Shown: one piece after another, positions 16,671 through 25,605 of the stretch
Layout: each line of letters starts with the position of its first letter
Position numbering within the stretch: position 1 is the stretch's first letter
NCBI GenBank assembly: GCA_030747675.1
Contig: JASLKH010000030.1
Span: 1-27,893 of the forward strand
DNA: 27,893 bases
Origin: Candidatus Thalassarchaeaceae archaeon
Lineage (GTDB): Archaea; Thermoplasmatota; Poseidoniia; Poseidoniales; Thalassarchaeaceae
Reading direction: 5' to 3'
The notes under the pieces: model-generated
Seen by the model: only the letters and a program-made list of their open reading frames with translations
The model's database searches: none
Told to the model about the DNA's origin: nothing
Made by a program: the position numbers and the translations under genes

Positions 16671-18401
16671 TCACACACGTGAGATGATTTCCAAACAGAC
16701 TTCCCCATTGTCCAATTGCATTGAAATTTCATCTCCTGAATTGATTGTTAAACATGGATCTTCTTCAAATCCCATCGCATAAGGTAGCCCTAATAGACTC
16801 GCACCAGGTAGAGTTAATGGACATACATCTCGATTGACAATGGCTTTCGGACCTTTACCAGTATAGATAAGTCCCATTAGTACGAATGGTGCTACTGTAG
16901 AACCACTTCCTTTAGGATATATCAGGATGGTATCATCTATCGCTATTCCATCAAGAGGATGCCCAGGTTCTTCGATAACACCCGTATCTCTGTTGACATA
17001 TCCAAGATAGGTGATTGGCACGTCAGTGACCAATGCTTTTCCTTTCACTATCCACGATTTTTGAGATGGTAGACTCTTTCCTGAAATTGATAATTCGCCA
17101 ACCTGTTGTGTTTTTGATGTGGCCATCTTTTTTGCAGAATTTCCTGAAAGTGTTGGTCTCTCTCCAGCACAAATTTCTGGATCAAAAGCATGAGCGACAC
17201 AATCTCTAATTCGTGCCACTGACGTGGGCATTCGGTTGAGACCACTGGTCAAATAATGCTCTGCTTTCAATGAATTTGTGAGTAAATGGTTGTAATGTTC
17301 ACGATTATACGGTGTGACTTCGGGACAAGTATCTTTGAGGATTAGTGCACCTGCTGCTTCAAGTAAATCAAGAGTCCCATCTGCAGTGAGCAAATCGTGA
17401 TTATGTCCACTGGTGAATATCCACAATCTCTGATTTGAAATTCTACGTCCCATTTCCATATGGGTCCTAACTTCAGATGCAGTTGTTCTCACTTCTCCAA
17501 TTGAAGCCTGAGGGCAACCAATTACGATCAGATCAACCTTACCTGTGGGAGCCAGTTCAGAATATCTTTGTGAAAGGTCAAACTCTGTAAATGTCAATAC
17601 TCCTTCTGGAGAATATGGTGGAGGCTCCGCAGTATGCCCATCAGCCCACAGCATGGGACACCCGTAATTTGCAGCAGCAGCAGTTAGGGCCTTGCGCATG
17701 TCAAATGATGCATGCTTGGGCAACCCGGTAATGTGCGGCATCATTCCCCAAGGTAAATTCCATTCTGGCTGAATTTGTTTTCCAATCCAATCTCCAAGCA
17801 CACTCCAATCAGTGATATATTCCATTGAACATTCAATGTTTACTTGGATATTCGGAATTCGATTTTCCAGAAGATGAAGCCCCCATCGGGGTGCCCATCC
17901 AGTGATTGCAGTTGCTAATGCTGAAAGTCCAGATTCCCTATTTGTAATCAGAGATGTATACGAATTGGAAAAAGCCACGGCATTGGATTCTGCCCATGAA
18001 CCAATTCCACCAATTTCGACACCACGATCATACGGTGTGCAGGAGAGTGTTGCCTCAATTCCTAATTGTGAGTATGCATGAATAATCTCGAATTGATGTT
18101 CTAAGAAATTTTCTTCAGCAATATCCATATCATTCATTTTCTCTTTATCGCATCCTGCACTGTTCAGAGTAGTTGGGATTGAGACTACTCCTTGTTCATC
18201 ACCAGCTAGGTCCGCTAAGAATCGACGCAAACCATGACCACCGGTTAGGGGGGACACTCCACTTACGTGTGCGTGAGCGCATTCAACGAATTCCGTTGCC
18301 CCTGCTGTAGAGGCTAGGTCAACAACCAAGCGTGCAGCCTTTTGCCTAGTTGGACCTTGGTCGCCAGCCAGCATGGCTGCAAGCGGTGCTGGTATGTCCA
18401 T
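16671..18401 (-). CDS. Aconitase X: catalytic (DUF521) domain fused to C-terminal swivelling (DUF126) domain; phosphomevalonate dehydratase or hydroxyproline dehydratase-like
   Basis: PTTLN, SCTPY, WAESNA, TNRES, GCPQ, DTC, TNSLKA in the large domain; GHPLDG and KGSGSTV in the small domain. Confidence 0.88.
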   Translation of the reverse strand: MDIPAPLAAMLAGDQGPTRQKAARLVVDLASTAGATEFVECAHAHVSGVSPLTGGHGLRRFLADLAGDEQGVVSIPTTLNSAGCDKEKMNDMDIAEENFLEHQFEIIHAYSQLGIEATLSCTPYDRGVEIGGIGSWAESNAVAFSNSYTSLITNRESGLSALATAITGWAPRWGLHLLENRIPNIQVNIECSMEYITDWSVLGDWIGKQIQPEWNLPWGMMPHITGLPKHASFDMRKALTAAAANYGCPMLWADGHTAEPPPYSPEGVLTFTEFDLSQRYSELAPTGKVDLIVIGCPQASIGEVRTTASEVRTHMEMGRRISNQRLWIFTSGHNHDLLTADGTLDLLEAAGALILKDTCPEVTPYNREHYNHLLTNSLKAEHYLTSGLNRMPTSVARIRDCVAHAFDPEICAGERPTLSGNSAKKMATSKTQQVGELSISGKSLPSQKSWIVKGKALVTDVPITYLGYVNRDTGVIEEPGHPLDGIAIDDTILIYPKGSGSTVAPFVLMGLIYTGKGPKAIVNRDVCPLTLPGASLLGLPYAMGFEEDPCLTINSGDEISMQLDNGEVCLEIISRV

Positions 18402-18440
18402 TGGGATGAACCGGAAGGCCTTGCACCATCAACCTGCGGG

Positions 18441-20141
18441 TCATTTCCTAGCAGCAAGTGGTTGTCGCCAGCCTTGTCCAAATGCTCGACTTGACACTCT
18501 TGGGGCAGGTGCCATTTGCCAACGCTTATGCTCATTCAGATGTAATCGGGAGAGAATATCAGATGTTAATTCAGAATCGTTACGTAGCCCTCTCTCAATC
18601 CAATCTTCCAATATTTCGTCTAGAATCTCGTATGGTGGAAGGGAATCATCATCGCGTTGATTCGGAGCAAGTTCAGCACTCGGAGGTTTTGTCATTGTTG
18701 AATTTGTAATAGGTGCTTCTTCACCCCTCAACAATGCATCTGAATTGATTGAATGTGCCATTTCATAGACTTCTGTTTTATACAAATCTCCTAAGGGCGC
18801 ATACCCTCCACACATATCCCCGTACAGTGTACAATAACCCATGGCAAGTTCGGATTTATTGCCAGTTGCGATGGACATTGCCCCACGGGCATTTGCAGCT
18901 CCCATCACGAGCATTCCTCTGATACGGGCTTGAACATTTTCAGCGGCAACGGGATTTCCTGAAGCCAATTCATCTCCAAGAGACACATCAGCGGCTTCAT
19001 GAATGTCAGTAATTGGCATCACTTGCAATTCCATACCTAGAGTGCGTGCAGTCGCCTTTGCATCCTGGATTGAATGTTCGGATGAGTGCCGCGATGGCAT
19101 GGAAAGGCCCAGTACATTTTCTGGCCCAAGTGCTTGGCATGCTATTGCAGCGCAGACAGCGGAGTCAATTCCACCACTCATGCCAAGAACGATCTTCTCG
19201 ATATTTGATTTTCTGCAATAATCTCCTAGACCGGTTACGACAGCAGATAGCAAATCCTTTCCTTTATCTGGCAAACTTGGTTCCTTTCCATCAGGTACAC
19301 ATTCAACATTACACTGACAATTAGTTCCACAACCCCCATCAGGCCAAGGCAACCAACTTGTTGCATTTGGGTTTTCAAGATCAACCATCAGGATACCCAT
19401 ACACCATGCAGGTGCTTGTACAATAGTTCCATCTGGCCAAGCAACTATTGATCTTCCATCAAATATTAGATCATCATTTCCTCCTACTTGATTGCAAAGT
19501 AAGAATGGATGTCCTAATGTGTTGGCTGCCTTTCGAACAAGTTTGGCTCGCACCCCTTCTTTTGCTAGATGGTAAGGTGAAGATGACAAGTTGACTGAAA
19601 CCGCTAGAGGTTCACCCTGATGTTGCCATGTTGAAAGTTGTTCGATAGGATCGGAACCATAGTCTGCAGGTACTTCTCCAACATGTTGCCAAGCATCTTC
19701 ACAGATAGTAATTCCAACTGAAACACCAGGTAATGACCGGTCAATCCCTGGCGAATCATCGGCTTGGAAATATCTTCCTTCGTCGAATACATCGTAAGTG
19801 GGTAAGAGTTGTTTCCGAGCCACGATTTTTGAAGCGCGTCCAGTTGAGACTCGGACAACACCATTGTAGGGTTTTTGTCGTTCCTTTGCAGCACTCAATG
19901 GAGTGCCGATTAGAAGAGGAATTTGGCTTTCAATTCCTAATGCTGCTTCTTGGCATAATGCAACAAATTCTGAATCCATGAGTAAATCTCTAGGAGGGTA
20001 ACCAGAGACGAATAATTCGCTTGCTACGGCCATATCCGCACCCTTTTCTGCAGCAATCCCTACAGCCTTTTTGAGATCAGCAATATTTGATTTGACAGCC
20101 CCTACTGTAGGGTTCAATTGCAGCAGAGCGACGACTGTCAC
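18441..20141 (-). CDS. nadE: Glutamine-dependent NAD+ synthetase (nitrilase-type glutaminase + synthetase)
   Basis: E-K-C triad (SELFVSGY, RKQLLP, ICEDAW); SGGIDS, ENVQARIRG, TGNKSE, GYCTLYGD, PSAEL. Confidence 0.96.
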   Translation of the reverse strand: MTVVALLQLNPTVGAVKSNIADLKKAVGIAAEKGADMAVASELFVSGYPPRDLLMDSEFVALCQEAALGIESQIPLLIGTPLSAAKERQKPYNGVVRVSTGRASKIVARKQLLPTYDVFDEGRYFQADDSPGIDRSLPGVSVGITICEDAWQHVGEVPADYGSDPIEQLSTWQHQGEPLAVSVNLSSSPYHLAKEGVRAKLVRKAANTLGHPFLLCNQVGGNDDLIFDGRSIVAWPDGTIVQAPAWCMGILMVDLENPNATSWLPWPDGGCGTNCQCNVECVPDGKEPSLPDKGKDLLSAVVTGLGDYCRKSNIEKIVLGMSGGIDSAVCAAIACQALGPENVLGLSMPSRHSSEHSIQDAKATARTLGMELQVMPITDIHEAADVSLGDELASGNPVAAENVQARIRGMLVMGAANARGAMSIATGNKSELAMGYCTLYGDMCGGYAPLGDLYKTEVYEMAHSINSDALLRGEEAPITNSTMTKPPSAELAPNQRDDDSLPPYEILDEILEDWIERGLRNDSELTSDILSRLHLNEHKRWQMAPAPRVSSRAFGQGWRQPLAARK

Positions 20142-20232
20142 AGGCTGACCTCGTTACGTGGGCTGCGAATACTCCATTCAACGTTCCGCCACGCTCCGCA
20201 GACCTGAAAGGCCGCCTATACATCGAATACAC

Positions 20233-20709
20233 ATGCCCGAGACCCGTTCTATGCAAGATTGGTTAGATGCCTATGGAGAAAGCCATCAGAACACATTGAA
20301 TAAGAAAATACATTGGATTGCCGTTCCACTGATTTTTTTGACAATAGTTGGGATGTTGTGGAGTATCCCTCTTCCCGAAACCCAATGGAATCTTCAATTG
20401 ATTAATGTTGCAACGGTTATGTTGATCCCAGTCATTATATTCTACGCAAGGCTATCCATTTCTTTGACAGTCGGTATGACACTTTGGTGCATATTTTGTT
20501 TCGCAGTATGTTTCTTGTATGAACAGTACATCGATTTCCCGCTTTGGCAATCAAGTATAATCATCTTCGTACTTGCATGGATTGGCCAATTTTATGGGCA
20601 TAAAGTTGAAGGTAAAAAACCCTCATTCTTTGAAGATATCCAATTCCTAATGATTGGCCCCGCTTGGTTGATGTCCTTCATTTACATCAAGTTAGGAATC
20701 AAGTACTGA
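20233..20709 (+). CDS. Mpo1-like / DUF962 membrane protein
   Basis: YGESHQN..NK.IHW..VP and QFYGH..EG.KPSF motifs with three His; start 20233 or 20251. Confidence 0.85.
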   Translation: MPETRSMQDWLDAYGESHQNTLNKKIHWIAVPLIFLTIVGMLWSIPLPETQWNLQLINVATVMLIPVIIFYARLSISLTVGMTLWCIFCFAVCFLYEQYIDFPLWQSSIIIFVLAWIGQFYGHKVEGKKPSFFEDIQFLMIGPAWLMSFIYIKLGIKY

Positions 20710-21336
20710 TTAACAGCAAGACTTGTTGTATTTCTTCAAGCGCCAATAGTTGTATGGCCATGGTGTCAAGAACCCTGCAATCAACATTGGTGGAATGGTA
20801 TACAATGATAACATGGCTCCGCCGGTCATCAAATAATCAACAATATTCATTGCCGCTTCCATCGAGATCATAGAGATAAGTGACATTCCACAAGCGGTTT
20901 TGAAGGCCTCTAATAGCACCATTTTCTTGCTCAATATCAGGGTCTCTAATGCAATTGAAGTGAGCAAGCCGTTCATCATTGCAAGTAGCATGATGGTCAT
21001 GGTTGCCAATCCAGAATCTGTGTACACGAATTGGAAGAATGCGATTGTACCCATGTCACCCATCGAGCATCCAAGTAAACACCACTTGGTATTGTGAGCA
21101 GATTCCTTCCAGACGGCCTTGTCACTCCAATTAAATTCAGGCGTGCTGATGGTGAACCCTGCACCAATGATTGCTGCATTGAGCGCATCTAAATGAGCTC
21201 CCTCGTGTTGCACTACTGCATGTCCAACTTCAGCCTCAACTGAAGATACACCTTCAACCCCCTCAAGCGCTGTAGTCAGATTGGATACACAGCCGCCGCA
21301 AGACATGCCCCCAATCTCGAAATTGACGCTCTCCAT
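20710..21336 (-). CDS. HMA (CopZ-like) domain fused to DUF4396-like membrane domain
   Basis: GMSCGGC metal site at aa 10-16; then NTKWCLLGCSMGD, SMISMEAAMN, PYNYWRL; start moved to 21336. Confidence 0.8.
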   Translation of the reverse strand: MESVNFEIGGMSCGGCVSNLTTALEGVEGVSSVEAEVGHAVVQHEGAHLDALNAAIIGAGFTISTPEFNWSDKAVWKESAHNTKWCLLGCSMGDMGTIAFFQFVYTDSGLATMTIMLLAMMNGLLTSIALETLILSKKMVLLEAFKTACGMSLISMISMEAAMNIVDYLMTGGAMLSLYTIPPMLIAGFLTPWPYNYWRLKKYNKSCC

Positions 21337-21409
21337 GGCCCTTGCGGGAAAGTCGCAGTGTTTGAACTCTGCCGCACCCTTCAAGACGGGACCTATGGTC
21401 CCGCGAGGC

Positions 21410-24400
21410 ATGGCCGTACCTAATCCAGTGGGTGAACTGGATCCCGTTGCTCTTGAAGAGTCGTTAATGTCGACTTGGAGTCAAGAGGATACATTTGGCC
21501 AACAAGTATCTTCAAGAAAGAATGGAAAACCCTTCATTTTCCTTGAAGGCCCACCCACTGCGAATGGTAAACCTGGGATTCATCACGTCGTTGCTCGAAC
21601 CTACAAAGACTTGGTCTGCCGCTGGAAGGCGATGGAAGGTCACTTTGTTGAGCGAAAAGGTGGCTGGGACACTCATGGATTACCTGTTGAAATTGAAGTT
21701 CAGAAGCGTCTTGATTTGATGAGTAATGAAGCCATTGAAGCATTTGGTATGGCTGAGTTCAATGAAGAGTGCCGAAATAGTGTATGGACCTATGAGCAGG
21801 CTTGGAGAGAAATGACTGAGCGCATGGCATTTTGGGTTGACCTCGATGATCCATATGTCACATTACACAATAATTACGTAGAATCTTGCTGGTGGGCATT
21901 GAAACAAATGTTTGACAAGGATTTGCTATTTAGAGGTCACAAGGTTCTGCCATATTGCCCCCAAACGGGTACATCATACTCAAGTCATGAAGTTGCTTTG
22001 GGGTACAAAGAGGTGGAGGAACCATCAGTTTATGTCAAGTTCAAACTTGTTGATGATGATGCCTCAGTACTGGCTTGGACAACTACACCATGGACTCTTC
22101 CTGGAAATGTTGGCCTTGCGGTTGGACCTGATGTGACTTACATCCGTGTCAGAATTGATCAACCAGCTGGCGACAATTGGGAAGGCCGTGGAGGAGCCAT
22201 TGTAGGCGAAGAAGTCATTATTGCAAAGGATTTGTTCAAAGAAGTCATACGACACCATGCTACAATCCTTGAAGAGTTCCCCGGTTCGGATTTGGTTGGC
22301 AAGGCCTACGTACCATTGTTCCCCAATGCAGTTGATCGAGGTGGTTCTCAAACTGCATGGACAATTTTAGAAGCAGACTGGGTGACCACTACTGATGGTA
22401 CAGGTGTGGTTCACACCGCGGTCATGTACGGTGAGGATGACTACAATTTGGGAATGGAAGTAGGGCTCCCTGCACAACACACAGTTGGTATGGATGGAGC
22501 ATTCCTAACTGGAACCCATGAACAATTAGATGGTCGCTATGTCAAGGAATGTGATGACACTATCATGGATATTTTGATGAGTGCCAATCAACTATATCGA
22601 GAGAAGGCTTACATTCACGAATATCCACATTGCTGGAGGACAGATCATCCGCTTCTTTACTATGCTATGGATTCTTGGTTTGTCCGTATGACTGCAGTCA
22701 AGGAACGCCTTTTGGAATTTAATGACCAAGTTGAATGGGCACCAGATTGGGTAGGAGAAGGTCGATTTGGAGAATGGCTTCGTAATGTCAAGGATTGGGC
22801 CATTTCAAGAGAGCGATATTGGGGTACACCTCTACCTGTGTGGCGTTCGGCCTCGGGTGAAATGAAGTGTATCGGTTCTATTGAGGAATTGCAAGATGAA
22901 GTTACAAAGGCGAATGCGGCTGGACAAAATAATCCAGAGTGCCCTGATGACGTTGATTTACATCGACCAATTGTCGATGATTTCGTACTCGTATCAGACA
23001 ATGGTGAAATCATGCATCGCGAACCCTTTGTGATGGATTGCTGGTTTGATTCAGGTTGCGCCTCTTTTGCACAGTGGCATCATCCCTTTGATGGTACGGA
23101 AAAGTTCGAGAATAATTTCCCAATAGATTACATCTGTGAAGGCGTCGATCAAACCCGTGGTTGGTTCTACACATTACTTGCAGTCAGTACAACAGTATTC
23201 GACTCGATTTGCTACAAGCGCTGTTTATCCCTAGGTTTAATCTTAGACGCTGAAGGCAAGAAGATGTCTAAGTCCAAAGGAAACATCGTTGACCCCTGGG
23301 ACCATTTCAATCGTGAAGGAGCAGATGCAACTCGTTGGTACATGGTGACGGCTGGAGCGCCTTGGAACCCATTGAAGTTTGACCCCAATGGGGTGAGAGA
23401 GACTTATGCTAAAATGTTCTTGACACTATGGAATTGCTACAAGTTTCATGCTGATTACGCATCTTTGGATAATTTCGACCCAACTGTAACCGAATGCCCG
23501 GTCGGGAAAAGACCCTCGTTGGACCGTTGGATTTTATCGAAATTGAACACAGTCTCTGCTGGTTACCATGCACAGTTTGAGGGTTGGGATTTCCACAAAG
23601 CCTGCCGTGACCTAGAAGATTTTGTGGTGAATGATTTGTCCAATTGGTATGTTCGCCGTAGTCGCCGCCGTCTTTGGGATGATGACACATCAGCAGACAA
23701 GTTGGCTTGCCAACACACATTACACGACGTTCTTGTGAAAATTTGCAGACTAATGGCTCCAGTATCTCCATTTATGGTTGATCACATCCATCGAAACCTT
23801 ACTGGAGAAAGTGTGCACCTTGCCGATTGGCCAACACCTTCACATCAAGACGAAGACCTCGAAGTAAGAATGCAACTGGTTCGAAATTTAGCTGAAGCAG
23901 GTCGAAAAATTCGAGTTGAAAATGATCATCGTCAACGCCTTCCATGCCAAACAGGATGGCTTGTAGGAGCTAGTGGAATCGAAGAATTTTATGAAATCCT
24001 AGCGGAAGAACTCAACGTGATGGAGTTGACTACAGAGACCGACCTGGACCGATTCCAACGCATTGAAGTTGTTCCAAATCGTAAGATGTTAGGTCGCAAG
24101 TGCAGACAGGATTTGCCAAAGGTACTAGCCGCACTTGCAGAAGCTGACCCCGAAGCACTTTGGGATGATATTTCCAATGGCCGCTGTATCATTGCAGGAT
24201 TTGAACTGGAACCCGTTGATGTTGAAGTCAGACGTGTTGAAAGAGAAGGTTTTGCTGCATTAACTGCGGATGATAGTGATGTTACTTTGGTCCTTGATAT
24301 GGCAACAACACCTGAATTGCTTTCCAAAGGATTGGCTCGAGAGATTATTCGACGCGTTCAACAAAAGCGAAAGGAACTTGATTTGGCAGTAGATGCAAGC

Positions 24401-24577
24401 ATCTCATTATCTGTGTGGCTAGAACTTGGTAATCCAGAATTAATAGCTGAAGATTGGGATCATGTCATGTCAGAGGTTAGAGCAAAGGACGGGGTACTTG
24501 ATCAAGGTGGAGAAGGTCCAGATGGCAGCGATTCCTTTGATGTTGATGGTGCAGGAATTTCATTCATTGTCAATTAA
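21410..24577 (+). CDS. ileS: Isoleucine--tRNA ligase, type 2
   Basis: EGPPTANG, GIHH (HIGH variant), GWDTHGLP, WTTTPWT, GTGVVH, DWAISRERYWG, DQTRGWF, KMSKS (23261-23275), GLAREIIRRVQ; true start 21410. Confidence 0.97.
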   Translation: MAVPNPVGELDPVALEESLMSTWSQEDTFGQQVSSRKNGKPFIFLEGPPTANGKPGIHHVVARTYKDLVCRWKAMEGHFVERKGGWDTHGLPVEIEVQKRLDLMSNEAIEAFGMAEFNEECRNSVWTYEQAWREMTERMAFWVDLDDPYVTLHNNYVESCWWALKQMFDKDLLFRGHKVLPYCPQTGTSYSSHEVALGYKEVEEPSVYVKFKLVDDDASVLAWTTTPWTLPGNVGLAVGPDVTYIRVRIDQPAGDNWEGRGGAIVGEEVIIAKDLFKEVIRHHATILEEFPGSDLVGKAYVPLFPNAVDRGGSQTAWTILEADWVTTTDGTGVVHTAVMYGEDDYNLGMEVGLPAQHTVGMDGAFLTGTHEQLDGRYVKECDDTIMDILMSANQLYREKAYIHEYPHCWRTDHPLLYYAMDSWFVRMTAVKERLLEFNDQVEWAPDWVGEGRFGEWLRNVKDWAISRERYWGTPLPVWRSASGEMKCIGSIEELQDEVTKANAAGQNNPECPDDVDLHRPIVDDFVLVSDNGEIMHREPFVMDCWFDSGCASFAQWHHPFDGTEKFENNFPIDYICEGVDQTRGWFYTLLAVSTTVFDSICYKRCLSLGLILDAEGKKMSKSKGNIVDPWDHFNREGADATRWYMVTAGAPWNPLKFDPNGVRETYAKMFLTLWNCYKFHADYASLDNFDPTVTECPVGKRPSLDRWILSKLNTVSAGYHAQFEGWDFHKACRDLEDFVVNDLSNWYVRRSRRRLWDDDTSADKLACQHTLHDVLVKICRLMAPVSPFMVDHIHRNLTGESVHLADWPTPSHQDEDLEVRMQLVRNLAEAGRKIRVENDHRQRLPCQTGWLVGASGIEEFYEILAEELNVMELTTETDLDRFQRIEVVPNRKMLGRKCRQDLPKVLAALAEADPEALWDDISNGRCIIAGFELEPVDVEVRRVEREGFAALTADDSDVTLVLDMATTPELLSKGLAREIIRRVQQKRKELDLAVDASISLSVWLELGNPELIAEDWDHVMSEVRAKDGVLDQGGEGPDGSDSFDVDGAGISFIVN

Positions 24578-25605
24578 TAGCCAATTGCGTTTGCAACTTT
24601 GAATTTGGGAACAGGTTCTGCAGAATAGTACCATCTTGGGTCATATGCTTTCTTTGGTTTTCCTTTTGCAAAGGCCTTTTTATCAAATTCATTTTTCGTA
24701 AATCCTCGAGTGTATTTGAACACCCCTTCAATACCTTTCCTTCTCTTACAATCAAGTTTGAATCGAATCATAATTAAATCCAAATCCACTTTTAATAGTC
24801 CCAACTCTTCCTCACAATCAATAACAGTTTGGTGATATTGCCTACTGATTTTTGTTCGAGGTTTAATCTTTTGAGAATAGGTGCTAATATCGAAGATAGC
24901 CCCCGTCTTACTGGTTAGTTCATTCAACTCATCATTCAATTTAGGGTGACTCTTTGCTTTCGTTTCTGCGCCAACAATTTTAGAATCACATTTCCACTTT
25001 TTTACAACCCATTTCTCCCATTCTTTGAGATCAATTTTCTTCAGTTCTTTACCTTTGGTTGAAGGATCTGGTTGATTTAATGAATAGAATTCGCAGATCC
25101 CACTAATTCCCAATGTGTTTCCAGCCAAACGACGAAGGTGATTCTTTGCAATATCCTTTTTCAACTCAATTTCATTGATTTTCAATTTGAGTTGGAGTGC
25201 TTTTTTGTGGAGTTTGAGATGTTCAGGAGTTGGCTTCATCTCATTGTGAATCGAAGTTTTCTTGTCAAGTTCACGCAATTCTATTGCAAGTGGTCCGAAT
25301 TCGTCATTGAATTTTTTTCCTTCTGTTTTGACTTTGGTAAAATAGGACGGTGTTAATTCGAACCACTCTTTCCTGAATCTTTTTTTCGCAAAAATTTTGT
25401 GTAGATGTCCTTCAAGCAATCCAATGCATTCTGATTCAAATGAATGCGCTTCTATTATTTTGAAGGGATTCCCTGTCTGTAGTTGTGCAATCCGATTTTC
25501 AACAGGATTTTTTGTAAGGCCAATTTTGTAGAAGTTTGATTTCTTTCCAGGAAGATCAAAATGTAATACATACACCCATCCTTTGTCGAAATTATCTCCT
25601 GCCAT
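24574..25605 (-). CDS. T5orf172/MUG113-type GIY-YIG-like nuclease domain with duplicated C-terminal helical module
   Basis: GWVYVL...YKIGLT...RIAQLQTGNP...E..LH..F...R...EWF. Lys-rich and visibly AT-richer than its neighbours. Start 25605 follows GAGGGGG; 25617 is the alternative. Confidence 0.8.
   Translation of the reverse strand: MAGDNFDKGWVYVLHFDLPGKKSNFYKIGLTKNPVENRIAQLQTGNPFKIIEAHSFESECIGLLEGHLHKIFAKKRFRKEWFELTPSYFTKVKTEGKKFNDEFGPLAIELRELDKKTSIHNEMKPTPEHLKLHKKALQLKLKINEIELKKDIAKNHLRRLAGNTLGISGICEFYSLNQPDPSTKGKELKKIDLKEWEKWVVKKWKCDSKIVGAETKAKSHPKLNDELNELTSKTGAIFDISTYSQKIKPRTKISRQYHQTVIDCEEELGLLKVDLDLIMIRFKLDCKRRKGIEGVFKYTRGFTKNEFDKKAFAKGKPKKAYDPRWYYSAEPVPKFKVANAIGY

Noticed and set aside
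20100-20112. CCCTAC-T-GTAGGG palindrome near the nadE start
   Set aside because: Coding (NPTVG), 1-nt loop, no independent support.
21281-21411. Overlapping long N-termini of ileS and the HMA gene; T-box leader for ileS
   Set aside because: Homology begins at 21410 and 21336, leaving a 73-bp divergent gap with no T-box motif.
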